In this document: piece after piece, positions 1 to 9,082 of the stretch
Layout of the letters: every line of letters begins with the position of its first letter
Numbering within the stretch: the stretch's first letter is position 1
Assembly: GCA_041393415.1 (NCBI GenBank)
Contig: JAWKKE010000009.1
Location: forward strand, 2,571 to 66,570
DNA length: 64,000 nucleotides
DNA from: Thermoleophilia bacterium
GTDB taxonomy: Bacteria > Actinomycetota > Thermoleophilia > UBA2241
Reading direction: 5' to 3'
The notes under the pieces: model-generated
Database searches by the model: none
Seen by the model: only the letters and a program-made list of their open reading frames with translations
What the model was told of the DNA's origin: nothing
Program-made: the position numbers and the translations under genes

Positions 1-1078
1 CGTAGGTGACCGGACCGACGGTGTCGGGAGCGCCGCCCGTCCTGGTGGCGATCACGCGACCGAACAGATCGACCGCCCAACCGTGCTTGGCGTCGGCGAA
101 GCTGACGCCGGACAAGACGGTGGAGATAGCCAGCGGCTGGGACTGCCACGTGCCGCCACCGTCGGCGGTCGCCAGCACGCCGTCCCAGCCCACCGCCCAG
201 CCCCGATTCGCATCGAGGAAGCAGACGCCGAACAGCGGCAGCGACACCCAGGAGTCTTGCCGCGTCCAGGTGGCGCCGCCGTTGGCGGTGACGAGGATGG
301 TGCCGTCCTCGCCGACCGCCCAGCCGTGCTGAGCGTCGACGAAGTCGAGGCCATTGAGATCCGCCTCACCGCTCACGGGCTGCCGCTGCGTCGTCCAGGT
401 CGCGCCGCCGTCCGCGGTCGTGGCCACGACCCCCTGGCGGCCCGCCGCCCAGGCGTGATTGGCGTCGCCGACCGTCACGCAGACAAGGCCGTCCCACGCG
501 TAGTCCGCGACGACGTCGCTCAACGCGTGCTCACTCCAAGTGGCCCCACCGTCGGTCGTCGTCAGCAGCGCCGCCTCGTACGTGTCGAGATCGTAGCCGA
601 CGGCACAAGCGTGGAGAGCGTCCCAACAGGCGATGTCGTTCAGGGAGTATCTGTCGGTCGTCGTCTTCTTGACCGTCCAGGTGCTGCCGCCGTCGGCCGT
701 CGCCAGGATCCCCAGTTCGGCCACCACCCAGCCGTGCCGAGCATCGCTGAAGGCGACGCCCTTGAGGTCTGCGGTGATCCCCGGACGCTGTGCCTTCCAC
801 GTCGCACCGCCATCTACGGTGGCGCGTACGGTACCGCCGTCGCCCACGGCCCAACCGTGCAGCCCGTCGACGAAGACCACGTCGTTGAAGCCGAGGCTGT
901 AGTTGTCGAGCTGATACGCCTCGAACCAGCCCGAGTCGTCGCTGTAGGCGAGGGCAGGGCTCGCCCCCAGAACGAGGAGGAGGAGCATGCCGATTGCCGC
1001 GCCGAAGGCCACCGACCGAGGCACCGACACCCGACGACCGAGACCGAGACCGAGACCGAAAAGGGAACCTGATCGCAT
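1..1078 (-). CDS. Secreted BNR/Asp-box (Ycf48-like) beta-propeller repeat protein; C-terminus cut by the window edge
   Basis: Absent from the ORF track because it is open at the left edge. Minus-strand translation from ATG (1078-1076) gives MRSGSLFGLGLGLGRRVSVPRSVAFGAAIGMLLLLVLGASPALAYSD, which is signal-like. At least six ~45-aa units follow, each with an HGWAVG-type motif and a DGGxTW motif (TVDGGATWKA, TADGGSTWTV, TTDGGATWSE, TADGGATWTT, TANGGATWTR, TADGGGTWQS). Listed + strand ORFs 6..332 and 83..1072 are antisense shadows. Confidence 0.7.
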   Translation of the reverse strand, partial: MRSGSLFGLGLGLGRRVSVPRSVAFGAAIGMLLLLVLGASPALAYSDDSGWFEAYQLDNYSLGFNDVVFVDGLHGWAVGDGGTVRATVDGGATWKAQRPGITADLKGVAFSDARHGWVVAELGILATADGGSTWTVKKTTTDRYSLNDIACWDALHACAVGYDLDTYEAALLTTTDGGATWSEHALSDVVADYAWDGLVCVTVGDANHAWAAGRQGVVATTADGGATWTTQRQPVSGEADLNGLDFVDAQHGWAVGEDGTILVTANGGATWTRQDSWVSLPLFGVCFLDANRGWAVGWDGVLATADGGGTWQSQPLAISTVLSGVSFADAKHGWAVDLFGRVIATRTGGAPDTVGPVTY

Positions 1079-1428
1079 GGGGCAAACCTCCACGGGGCGG
1101 ACTCCTTCACACGTTGCGCCGTCTGCACAGCACAGCGAGCCTCACTCCCGATCCTATCACCACGATCACAGAGGACACGGTATGTTCTCAACCACATTCC
1201 GTAGTCTCGCTGAGTCTCCGCGAGTCACAGCAAGGTCCAAGAACCGATGCCTTCGACGAGGTACGAACCTTCCCCTATGCGCAATGAACTCAGGGGCCTC
1301 GGCGCCGGCGCGCGAGCACGGCGGCGCGCCCCGGGAATCTCGTCCGCCCATAGACAATCAGCGCCTCGCGCCGCAAAATGGCCAGAGACGCGACCACATA
1401 CAGGGCAGCGGACAAAGGGGAGAACAGT

Positions 1429-3027
1429 ATGCATGCGCTCAGCAGACGACGCCGGTCTCGCAGACGAGCAACGCCGACGATTCTTGCGGCGGCGCTGGTG
1501 GCGCTCCTCGCCGCCGCCGTCTTTGCGGCCTGCGGCGGCGATTCAACAGAGACGCCGAGCACGGCGAGCACGGCCATCAAGATGGGCGGCACGCTGCGCG
1601 TGGGGCAGCAGCCCGGCAACGGCGGGCTCGACCCCGTCCTGCACTCGGACAACGTCGCCGACATCATGGTCCAGGAGCAGATCCTGGAGAAGCTCGTGGA
1701 TCTCGATCCCGGCTTCACCGTCGTTCCGCGCCTGGCCACCGAGTGGAGCAGCGACGACAATATGGTCTGGAACTTCACGCTGCAGGACGGCGTGGAGTTC
1801 TCGAACGGTGATCCCTTCACCGCCGACGACGTGGTCTACAGCATGGGCCGCCTGCGCAGCAAGGAGCTGGGCTCGCCGATGGCCGACATCTTCGCCAACG
1901 TGACCGACGTCACCGCGGACGATGCCACCCACGTCACGTTCACGCTCAAGAAGGCCGACTCCGAGTTCCCGAGCTCGCTCACAGACTACCGTTGCCTGAT
2001 GCTCGACAAGAACATCAAGAACCCCAACAAGGAAGCCGTGGGCACCGGCCCGTTCATGCTCAAGTCGCAGTCGCTCGAGGACCGCACCATCCTCGTCAAG
2101 AACCCCAACTACTGGGGCACGGACGATGAGGGCAACCAGTTGCCGTATCTCGACTCGGTCGAGTTCATCTACTCGCCGGAGAAGTCGGCGCAGATCGAGG
2201 GGCTGCTCGGCAACCAGCTCGACTGGGTTGGCGGTCTCACCGCGGAACAGAAGCAGACCGTTGAGGCCAACAGCGACTTCCAGATCATCGATTCGACGAC
2301 CAACTACTGCTTCGAGCTGCAGATCCGCTGCGACGAAGGACCCGGCGCCGACCTCAAGTTCCGCCAGGCGCTCTTTGCCGGCACCAACCTGCAGGAGATC
2401 GTCGACCTGGCCGCTCCGGGCGTTGCCGATCCCGGCAACGGCACGCTGGTCGGCCCTGCCTACTCGCAGTACTACCTGCCCTCCACCGTCACGTACAACG
2501 TCGATACCGCCAAGCAATTGCTCGCCGAGTCCAGCTACGACGGCGAGCCCATCAAGCTCGTGACCCAGACCATCGACTTGGTGCCGGCGATGGCCACCGT
2601 ATGGCAGCAGCAGATGAAGGCGATCGGCGTCGACGTCGAGATTCAGCAGGTGACGCCGGACGTGTTCTACGCAGACAAGGGCACCGACAACTGGTACCAG
2701 GCAGACTTCTGCATCGTCGACTGGGGCTCCCGCGCCACGCCGGTCACGTACTTCCAGCTCGCGCTCACCAGCACCGCCGCGTGGAACTACTCGCGCTGGA
2801 ACAACGACGAGTTCGACACCCTCACCGCCGAGATCCCGACGGAGTCCGATGCGGACAAGCGCGCCGAGCTGTACAAGCAGGCGCAGGAGATCCTCATGGA
2901 CGAGGTGCCGATGATCAACTTCCTCGTCACCGAGGGCCTCGCCGCGCAGCCGAACACGGTCCAGGGCATCACCCTGCTGCCGGACTGGTCGCAGACGCTG
3001 TTCACGACCGCGCACTTCACCGAGTAA
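1429..3027 (+). CDS. ABC transporter substrate-binding lipoprotein, family 5 (peptide/nickel/opine type)
   Basis: ORF 1378..3027. Preferred start is ATG 1429, preceded by AAGGGGAG. The N-terminus MHALSRRRRSRRRATPTILAAALVALLAAAVFAACGG looks like a twin-arginine signal plus lipobox Cys. Length and sequence are typical of DppA/OppA-like binding proteins. Confidence 0.8.
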   Translation: MHALSRRRRSRRRATPTILAAALVALLAAAVFAACGGDSTETPSTASTAIKMGGTLRVGQQPGNGGLDPVLHSDNVADIMVQEQILEKLVDLDPGFTVVPRLATEWSSDDNMVWNFTLQDGVEFSNGDPFTADDVVYSMGRLRSKELGSPMADIFANVTDVTADDATHVTFTLKKADSEFPSSLTDYRCLMLDKNIKNPNKEAVGTGPFMLKSQSLEDRTILVKNPNYWGTDDEGNQLPYLDSVEFIYSPEKSAQIEGLLGNQLDWVGGLTAEQKQTVEANSDFQIIDSTTNYCFELQIRCDEGPGADLKFRQALFAGTNLQEIVDLAAPGVADPGNGTLVGPAYSQYYLPSTVTYNVDTAKQLLAESSYDGEPIKLVTQTIDLVPAMATVWQQQMKAIGVDVEIQQVTPDVFYADKGTDNWYQADFCIVDWGSRATPVTYFQLALTSTAAWNYSRWNNDEFDTLTAEIPTESDADKRAELYKQAQEILMDEVPMINFLVTEGLAAQPNTVQGITLLPDWSQTLFTTAHFTE

Positions 3028-3165
3028 CCGAAAGTGAACAGCCCGAAGCGATCTGAGTGAACAACGAAGGAGGGGGCGCGACCGCGCCCCCTCCTTCCAT
3101 CAGTACCCCAACACATGCCGGCGCCGCCCCCCGCGTCGCGGCGCTGCAAGCTGAAAGGACTCTGT

Positions 3166-4581
3166 ATGCCCACCGCGACCCTGACGCTCTGGAACGACGC
3201 CGACTGCCGGCGACTGCACGAGGCGACTCTGCAGCTGCTCGCCGAGGTCGGCGTGGAGGTGTTGCAGGACGAGGCCTCGCTGCGTCTGTACGCCGAGCTC
3301 GGCGCCGACGTGCAGGGCACGCGCGTGCGCTTCGCGCCGGAGCTGATCGAGCGCGCGCTGGCCGCGGCGCCGCGCGAGTGGGTCGTCAAGCCGCGCGGCG
3401 GCGAGACCGAGCCGATCGTACTCAGAGACGGTGACGTGTACTGGGGGACGGGGTCGGATTGCCTCTACGTCCGCGACCCCGACACCCATGAGCGCCGCCG
3501 CGCCGTCCTCGCCGACATCGAGGGCATGGCGGCGCTCGTCGAGAAGCTCCGCCACATGGACTTCGCCATGACCATGGCGTCGCCCGACGACGTCGACCCC
3601 GCGGTGGACGACGTCGTCCACGTGGCGGCGCTACTCAAAGGCACGCGCAAGCCGCTGCTGCTCACGCCGATCAACGGCCGGCGACTGGCCCGCATCCAGG
3701 AGATGGCCGCCGTCGCCGGCGAGAAAGACAGCATCGTCGTCTACGCGATGCCCTCGCCGCCGCTGCAGCACGACGCCGACGCACTGTCGAAGGTCGTCAA
3801 CTGCGCCGAGCTGCAGATTCCGCTCATTTACGCCCCGGCGCCCTGCGCCGGCACAACCGCCCCGCGTTCCGTCACGGCGACGGTGCTGGTGGCCAACGCC
3901 GAGACCCTCAGCGGTCTCGTCCTCCACCAGCACGTACGCCCCGGCGCGCCGTTCATCTACGGCGCCGGCGGCGGCGCCATGGACATGCGCACCATGAACG
4001 GCGACCCGTATGCGCTGCCCGAGGCGTGCCTTGCCCTGCAGGCCTGCTGCGACCTGGCACGCCACTACAAGCTGCCGAGCTTCTCCTACGCGGCCGACTC
4101 GGAGACCAAGCTGCTCGACGAGCAGTGGTCGGCGGAGGCCGCCCTGACGACAATGCTCGGCGGCCTCTCGCGCGCGACGCTGCTGCACGACGTGGGCTAC
4201 CTCGAAGACGGCATGCAGAGCTCGTACGAGTCCATCGTGCTCGGCGACGAGCTTGTGGGCTACGCTAAGGCGTTCATGCGCGAGGTGCCGCTCGACGAGT
4301 ACGCCCTCGCCATCGACGAGATCGCGGCCGCCGGCCCCGGCGGCAACCACCTGGGCACAAAGTACACACGCCGGCACTACCGTGAGTTCTGGAGCAGCGA
4401 TCTGTTCGACGACGGCGGCTACGAGCGCTGGGTGGCGGAGGGCTCGCAGACGCTCCTCGACCGGGTGCGCACCCGCGTGGCGCGCCTACGCTCCGAGCCG
4501 CGCGCCTTCGCACTCAGCAACGCGCAGCTCGGGGAGCTCGAGCGCATCGTCGCCGAGGAGCGCGCCGCCGCACAGACCTGA
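3166..4581 (+). CDS. MttB-superfamily (trimethylamine methyltransferase-like) protein, non-pyrrolysine type
   Basis: ORF 3115..4581. Preferred start is ATG 3166, after GAAAGGA. Full-length resemblance to the MttB/MtgB family (LHEATLQLLAEVGVEV, APxLIERALAAAP, SPPLQHD, NAETLSGLVLHQxVRPGAPFIYG, LGDELVGY, GPGGNHLG). No internal TAG. Confidence 0.75.
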   Translation: MPTATLTLWNDADCRRLHEATLQLLAEVGVEVLQDEASLRLYAELGADVQGTRVRFAPELIERALAAAPREWVVKPRGGETEPIVLRDGDVYWGTGSDCLYVRDPDTHERRRAVLADIEGMAALVEKLRHMDFAMTMASPDDVDPAVDDVVHVAALLKGTRKPLLLTPINGRRLARIQEMAAVAGEKDSIVVYAMPSPPLQHDADALSKVVNCAELQIPLIYAPAPCAGTTAPRSVTATVLVANAETLSGLVLHQHVRPGAPFIYGAGGGAMDMRTMNGDPYALPEACLALQACCDLARHYKLPSFSYAADSETKLLDEQWSAEAALTTMLGGLSRATLLHDVGYLEDGMQSSYESIVLGDELVGYAKAFMREVPLDEYALAIDEIAAAGPGGNHLGTKYTRRHYREFWSSDLFDDGGYERWVAEGSQTLLDRVRTRVARLRSEPRAFALSNAQLGELERIVAEERAAAQT

Positions 4582-4606
4582 CGGCCGCGCGCTCCTCGCG
4601 CGTTCG

Positions 4607-5161
4607 TTACGCCATCCTGATCCGCGAACTGCCGTAGCGCGTCCGAGCTCCCGGCGGCGGCATGAAGGCGGCGAAGACGCGCATGATGCCCAGCGCGATC
4701 AGGTAGACGCCGATCAGCCAAAGCAGCGCCAAGGCGCCGGCGCCGGGCGCGACGATGAACCAGATGCCGACGACGAGCGACAAGGCGCCGGCGAGACCGT
4801 GCCAGATCCTGTGGCTGCCGGCTCGGTCGCGCACGGCCGCCCAGAACTCCACGGCGCCGGTCACGAGCAGCCACGCGGCGATCAGATAGAGCAGCGTGAG
4901 CGCCGTGAGGCCAGGCCAGATGAGCACGATGACCCCGAAGAGGGCCGCAACAGCTCCAACGGCGATGAGCCAGGCCCGGCTCTCCGAATTCCCCATCAGG
5001 CCGCTGACCACGAGCACCACCCCGTAGCCGATGGTGAACAAGCCGATCAGGAGAAGGACGGTGGCGAGACTCGCGCCGGGCCGGGCCACGAAGAGACCGC
5101 CGAGCACGATCATGAGGATGCCGCTGACGAGCGATAGAGTGATCCAGAGCCCTCTGCTCAT
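4607..5161 (-). CDS. HdeD-family (DUF308) membrane protein
   Basis: C-terminal 184 codons of ORF 4607..5314. Start is ATG 5161-5159, preceded by GGGAGGTGG. Six predicted hydrophobic helices with the repeated pattern seen in HdeD-like proteins (GILMIVLGGLFV, LIGLFTIGYGV, LIAAWLLVTGAVEF, WLIGVYLIALGI). Confidence 0.65.
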   Translation of the reverse strand: MSRGLWITLSLVSGILMIVLGGLFVARPGASLATVLLLIGLFTIGYGVVLVVSGLMGNSESRAWLIAVGAVAALFGVIVLIWPGLTALTLLYLIAAWLLVTGAVEFWAAVRDRAGSHRIWHGLAGALSLVVGIWFIVAPGAGALALLWLIGVYLIALGIMRVFAAFMPPPGARTRYGSSRIRMA

Positions 5162-5453
5162 CGGTACCCACCTCCCTCGAGTCGAGATACAGGACTGCGA
5201 ATGATATGCCCCCGGAGGTATGTGCTCACACCCGGCACAAGACGAACCCCTCGGCCACGAGCTCGTCGCCGTCGGCGGTGACGACGTGTTGTCGGCCTGA
5301 TCCGCCGGTGACACGTCACAGGTCGCACCCGACCTTCACGGGCCCGGTCACGGGCCCGGTCGCCTCGCTCTCCGCGGCGCAGGGTATGATCAGTACACAA
5401 CGAATCGCTTCTGCGAGCGCGCGGGCGACAACGACGATCGAGGAGGCATCATC

Positions 5454-6095
5454 ATGGCAGTACTGGTGGAGGGCATCTCGGTCGTCGTGCGTCGCGACGC
5501 CATCGACGAGCGGCACGACGGCGGCCTGCCGGCGTTCACGGAGGCGGTTCCGTCGGTGCTGTTCGCCGCCGACGACTACATCGCGGTGGTCGGCTTTCAA
5601 GCCCCGGAAGAGGCCGAGGCCTACTGCGTCACCCTGGCCGAGGCCGGAATCAACTTCGGCGACGAAGATGACGACGATGTGCCCACCGACGTCGCCGTCG
5701 TCGATCAGTTCGAAGGCATCCTCACAGACACCGACTGGCTCGAATGTGCACGCTTCGACTTCGACGAACAGGGGCACGAGATCACGGTCTGCTGGTTCAT
5801 CACCGGCGAGCACCTGCACGGCGAGATCGACCTGCCCGGCGAGGAGCTCGACGTCGCCGTCCCCGCCGGCTGGGAGTACGAGCATTCGCTGAGCGCCGCC
5901 GCGCGCTACATTCCCGAGGACGAGGCGGCGGAACGCCTCGAGTTTCTGCGTCACGATCCGGCGGGCTACGACATCTACCGCGATCGCGAGACCGGTGAGG
6001 AACTCTGCGCCCCGTGCGAGCCACATGAGTGCTGCTGCGGCGAAGAGCACGGCGAAGACGAGGATGAGGGCGAGGACGACGAGCCGGCCAAGTAG
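5454..6095 (+). CDS. Hypothetical acidic cytoplasmic protein with Cys-rich, poly-acidic C-terminus
   Basis: ATG 5454 is preceded by GAGGAGG. Codon usage looks coding. The C-terminus is CAPCEPHECCCGEEHGEDEDEGEDDEPAK. No family recognised. Confidence 0.5.
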   Translation: MAVLVEGISVVVRRDAIDERHDGGLPAFTEAVPSVLFAADDYIAVVGFQAPEEAEAYCVTLAEAGINFGDEDDDDVPTDVAVVDQFEGILTDTDWLECARFDFDEQGHEITVCWFITGEHLHGEIDLPGEELDVAVPAGWEYEHSLSAAARYIPEDEAAERLEFLRHDPAGYDIYRDRETGEELCAPCEPHECCCGEEHGEDEDEGEDDEPAK

Positions 6096-6108
6096 GCTCG
6101 TCGGCAAG

Positions 6109-6168
6109 GCACGACCGCGGCCCGCGAAACACGACCGCGGTCCGCGAAGCACGACCGCGGCCCCATCG
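6109..6168. repeat. Tandem 20-bp repeat, about 3 copies, between convergent genes
   Basis: Copies are gcacgaccgcggcccgcgaa / acacgaccgcggtccgcgaa / gcacgaccgcggccccatcg. Each unit contains a CGCGG..CCGCG or GACCGCGGTC palindromic core. Confidence 0.85.
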
Positions 6169-6230
6169 TCGACGCGATGCCTCGCGCGCGCTGAGTCCGG
6201 CGAGGCGCTCAGATCAACGCGGCCGCCGCG

Positions 6231-8285
6231 TCACTTCACCGTGACGTAGCTCCGCGCCACCTGTGACTGCTGGTTGCCGGCGTAGTCAACAGTGTATACG
6301 GTCACCGAGTACCGCCCGGGCTTCAGCTTGCCCGGCGCGAACTTGAGGCTCCACGGCGTGTTGACCGCCTGCCATGTCTTGCCGCCCAGTGTCTTCACGA
6401 GCTTGCCCGCCTTCGTGCGCACCTTGATCGCGGTCAGTGCCGTACCGCTCGAGGGCAGATCGTCGCGAACCTCGTACTCGAGACGGCACGTGCGGCCGCG
6501 ACGGACCGACGGATGATTCAGCGCCACGGGTGTCGGCGTGTGACTGTCGATGCGCACGACGGTGTCGTGCGCATCCTCGAGATTGCCGGCGGAGTCCGTG
6601 GCGAAGTAGCGGAGGGTCGTCGCGCCTTCGGCGGCGATCGTGATGGGGCCGGTGTACATGGCAAAGGTCGCCGGCACGATTGCGTAGTCGAGGCGCTCGA
6701 TACCCGTCCCGCCACGGTCCTGCGCCGTCAGCGTCGCCGTCACGGCCGAGCGGAACCACCCGTGCCCGCCGGCCGTACCCACGAGCTCGGCGGCGCTGAC
6801 GGGCTCGCGCATGAAGTGCAGACTGACGTAGGCCTCGTCGCCCTCGCGCACAGAGCCCGTCTCGCCGCGGAGACCCTCGGTCTCGATCGGCGTGGTCGGG
6901 AGGTCGTCTGGTGAGCCCGACCACGTCCATATCCACGCCGCTCCGGGGACGATGTCGCAAAGCTCGTCTTCGTCGACGTCGGCGTCCCACAGCGCGTAGC
7001 TCAGCGAGAGCGACGCAACGTCCGGCTCGAGCGGCACGAGCGTGCGCCAGTAGTACGGGCTGATGTTGTCGGCGTCGATCACGACGCCGGTGTCGTAGCT
7101 CACCCCGTTGACGGTCATTACGGCGTAGAAGTCCGGCGGACTGCTCGAATCGATCCGATCACCCTGGATCGTCCTCTCAGCCACCCGCTGTGTGTCGATC
7201 GTGAGCCACTGTGGGCGCGGCACCGAGCTCGGTAGCGTCGTCGGGTACGGCTTCTCCGCCGGATCGGCAGTCATGATCGGGCAGTACCGCTTCCACGCGA
7301 TCAGGTAGGCATCGATCGTCTGCGAGCTCGAGTATGGCGACCAGAGGCCGAGGTGAATGGTGCGATAGGCGAGGATGGCTTGCAGCAGCTCGCTATCGTC
7401 GGCGCTGCCGGGGCCCTTCCAGACGCCGGCATACATCGAGAGCAGCCTGATGAAGCGCGCCTCTTGCGCAACGTCGCCGTCGCTGTAGGCCATCGCCTCG
7501 GCCCAGACGGCCTCACCGGCCCAGGCGCGCACCATCTTCGTCCACTCCCAGCTGGCGAGAAACGCTTCGTGGTAGGCGCGGTCGAAGTACGGCCGGCCCG
7601 CCCAGTCCTTGTTCATCTGGTCGTGCGGGCCCACCGTGAGTCCCAGATTCTGCTTGACGCCTTCGGCGACCTCGAACCAGGTCTCGTCGCGAATCGTGTT
7701 CGCGGGATGCGACCAGCCCGGGAAAGCCGTGGCATGAGCCCAATTGGAGTGCGCATAGAAGTCCTGCACCTCGTGCAGTCCCTGGCCGAGAACCACGAGC
7801 AGCGGCACGCCCCGGCTGCCCGCGGGCAACTGCTTCACGTCCTCGACGGCGGCGTAGCTGCCCACCAGGAGGCGATCCCAGCGAGCCTTGAGCGCCGCAT
7901 AGTCGGGACAGTCGGCGAAGTGCTCGTACTGGACGGACAGCCGACGCAGCTCGGCCGGACCGTAGATCGCGTCGAGAGAGTCGTGGATGGCGGCCGCGCG
8001 CGGATCCTCAAGCACGCTGATCGCGATCTGGAACATGTCGTCGTAGCAGTTGGCGACCTGCGCGACCTGGATGGCCGAGCGCCCGCCGCCCTCACGCGCG
8101 AGCGCGTCGGCGGTAAGATCGTAGTGGTAGCCGCTGTTGAAGGCGGCGGCGCCGGGTGGGTGCGTCAGCAGCGCCGCCGCCCCCGCAACACAGAGCACGA
8201 AGAGCAGTACCGCGCGACGCGCTACGCCGCGCGCGGCCCCCCGTGCCGGCCCGATTCGGACTCCCGAGTGGACCTCGCGTTCCAT
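6231..8285 (-). CDS. Secreted multidomain protein: N-terminal HET-C-like domain plus C-terminal Ig-like/chitobiase-C-like domains
   Basis: Signal-like N-terminus (RRAVLLFVLCVAGAAALLTHPPGAAA). The motif GLHEVQDFYAHSNWAH resembles, from memory, the HET-C domain signature. The C-terminal TLRYFATDSAGNLE motif is typical of chitobiase/hexosaminidase C-terminal Ig-like modules, and a further beta-sandwich-like tail follows. Confidence 0.5.
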   Translation of the reverse strand: MEREVHSGVRIGPARGAARGVARRAVLLFVLCVAGAAALLTHPPGAAAFNSGYHYDLTADALAREGGGRSAIQVAQVANCYDDMFQIAISVLEDPRAAAIHDSLDAIYGPAELRRLSVQYEHFADCPDYAALKARWDRLLVGSYAAVEDVKQLPAGSRGVPLLVVLGQGLHEVQDFYAHSNWAHATAFPGWSHPANTIRDETWFEVAEGVKQNLGLTVGPHDQMNKDWAGRPYFDRAYHEAFLASWEWTKMVRAWAGEAVWAEAMAYSDGDVAQEARFIRLLSMYAGVWKGPGSADDSELLQAILAYRTIHLGLWSPYSSSQTIDAYLIAWKRYCPIMTADPAEKPYPTTLPSSVPRPQWLTIDTQRVAERTIQGDRIDSSSPPDFYAVMTVNGVSYDTGVVIDADNISPYYWRTLVPLEPDVASLSLSYALWDADVDEDELCDIVPGAAWIWTWSGSPDDLPTTPIETEGLRGETGSVREGDEAYVSLHFMREPVSAAELVGTAGGHGWFRSAVTATLTAQDRGGTGIERLDYAIVPATFAMYTGPITIAAEGATTLRYFATDSAGNLEDAHDTVVRIDSHTPTPVALNHPSVRRGRTCRLEYEVRDDLPSSGTALTAIKVRTKAGKLVKTLGGKTWQAVNTPWSLKFAPGKLKPGRYSVTVYTVDYAGNQQSQVARSYVTVK

Positions 8286-8395
8286 GGCCCTCTCCCCTCT
8301 CCCCGTGCCCGAGCGCCCGTGACGCCGCTCTCTCCATCACGGTAGCACTATCGCAAGGGAAGGCCCAGATGAGCCGGTGGAACCGTGTTGCCGCC

Positions 8396-9082
8396 CTACT
8401 CCGACGTGAGGGCGCAGAACGTCTCGATCTTGCGCGTCAGCCCGGCGACCACGAACTCATCGCCGGGCTCGACCAGCGTGTCCGGCTTGGCGTAGACGAA
8501 GTCCTTGCCCTTGCGCTTGAGCCCAACCACCGTGACGCCGTACTTCGTGCGCACCCCCGATTCGTCGAACGTCTTGTTCCAGGTCTCGCGCGGCGCGGTC
8601 ATACGCGCGATGGTGAAGCCGTCTTCGAACTCGAGGTACTGCGACATGCCGCCGACGATGGCGTGCGCGACCTGCTCGCCGACCGACGTCTCTGGGTACA
8701 CCACGCGATGTGCGCCCACTCGGTTGAGGATTTCGCCGTGCTTGTGGCTCACCGCTCGCGCCCAGATGCTCGCCACCTCCGCCTTGGCCAGCGAGAGCGT
8801 CGTGAGCACGCTGGCCTCGATGTCGTTGCCGATGGCCACGACGGCGTGCTCAAAGTCGCCGACGCCGAGCTGCTCCAGAGCGTCGTCGTCCGTTGCATCT
8901 GCCAAGACGACGTGTGTGAAGTCGTCGGCGTAGCGCTGCACGAGCACGGGGTCGCTGTCGATGGCGAGCACTTCGTGACCCTGACGCACGAGCGACGCGC
9001 ATACGGCGTAGCCGAAGCGGCCGAGGCCTATTACGAGCACCGGCATGTCGCCGTTGTTGCGCTTGAACAGATGCCTAGCCAA
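8396..9082 (-). CDS. trkA: Trk/Ktr potassium uptake system, NAD-binding (RCK) subunit
   Basis: Contains VLVIGLGRFGYAVCASLVRQGHEVLAIDSD (Rossmann GxGxxG) plus a TrkA-C domain. The track start is TTG 9082, overlapping the trkH stop. ATG at 9046 is an alternative start. Confidence 0.85.
   Translation of the reverse strand: MARHLFKRNNGDMPVLVIGLGRFGYAVCASLVRQGHEVLAIDSDPVLVQRYADDFTHVVLADATDDDALEQLGVGDFEHAVVAIGNDIEASVLTTLSLAKAEVASIWARAVSHKHGEILNRVGAHRVVYPETSVGEQVAHAIVGGMSQYLEFEDGFTIARMTAPRETWNKTFDESGVRTKYGVTVVGLKRKGKDFVYAKPDTLVEPGDEFVVAGLTRKIETFCALTSE

Noticed and set aside
1079-1428. Cobalamin riboswitch in the 350-nt gap upstream of the binding-protein/MttB pair.
   Set aside because: No B12-box-like GCCACUG core or the surrounding conserved helices could be recognised by eye. 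A covariance-model scan would be needed to exclude it fully.
3166-4581. Possible pyrrolysine (in-frame TAG) in the MttB-family gene.
   Set aside because: The ORF is continuous with no internal TAG, so this is a non-Pyl family member.
6109-6168. CRISPR array.
   Set aside because: There are only about three directly abutting 20-bp units, with no spacers and no cas genes.
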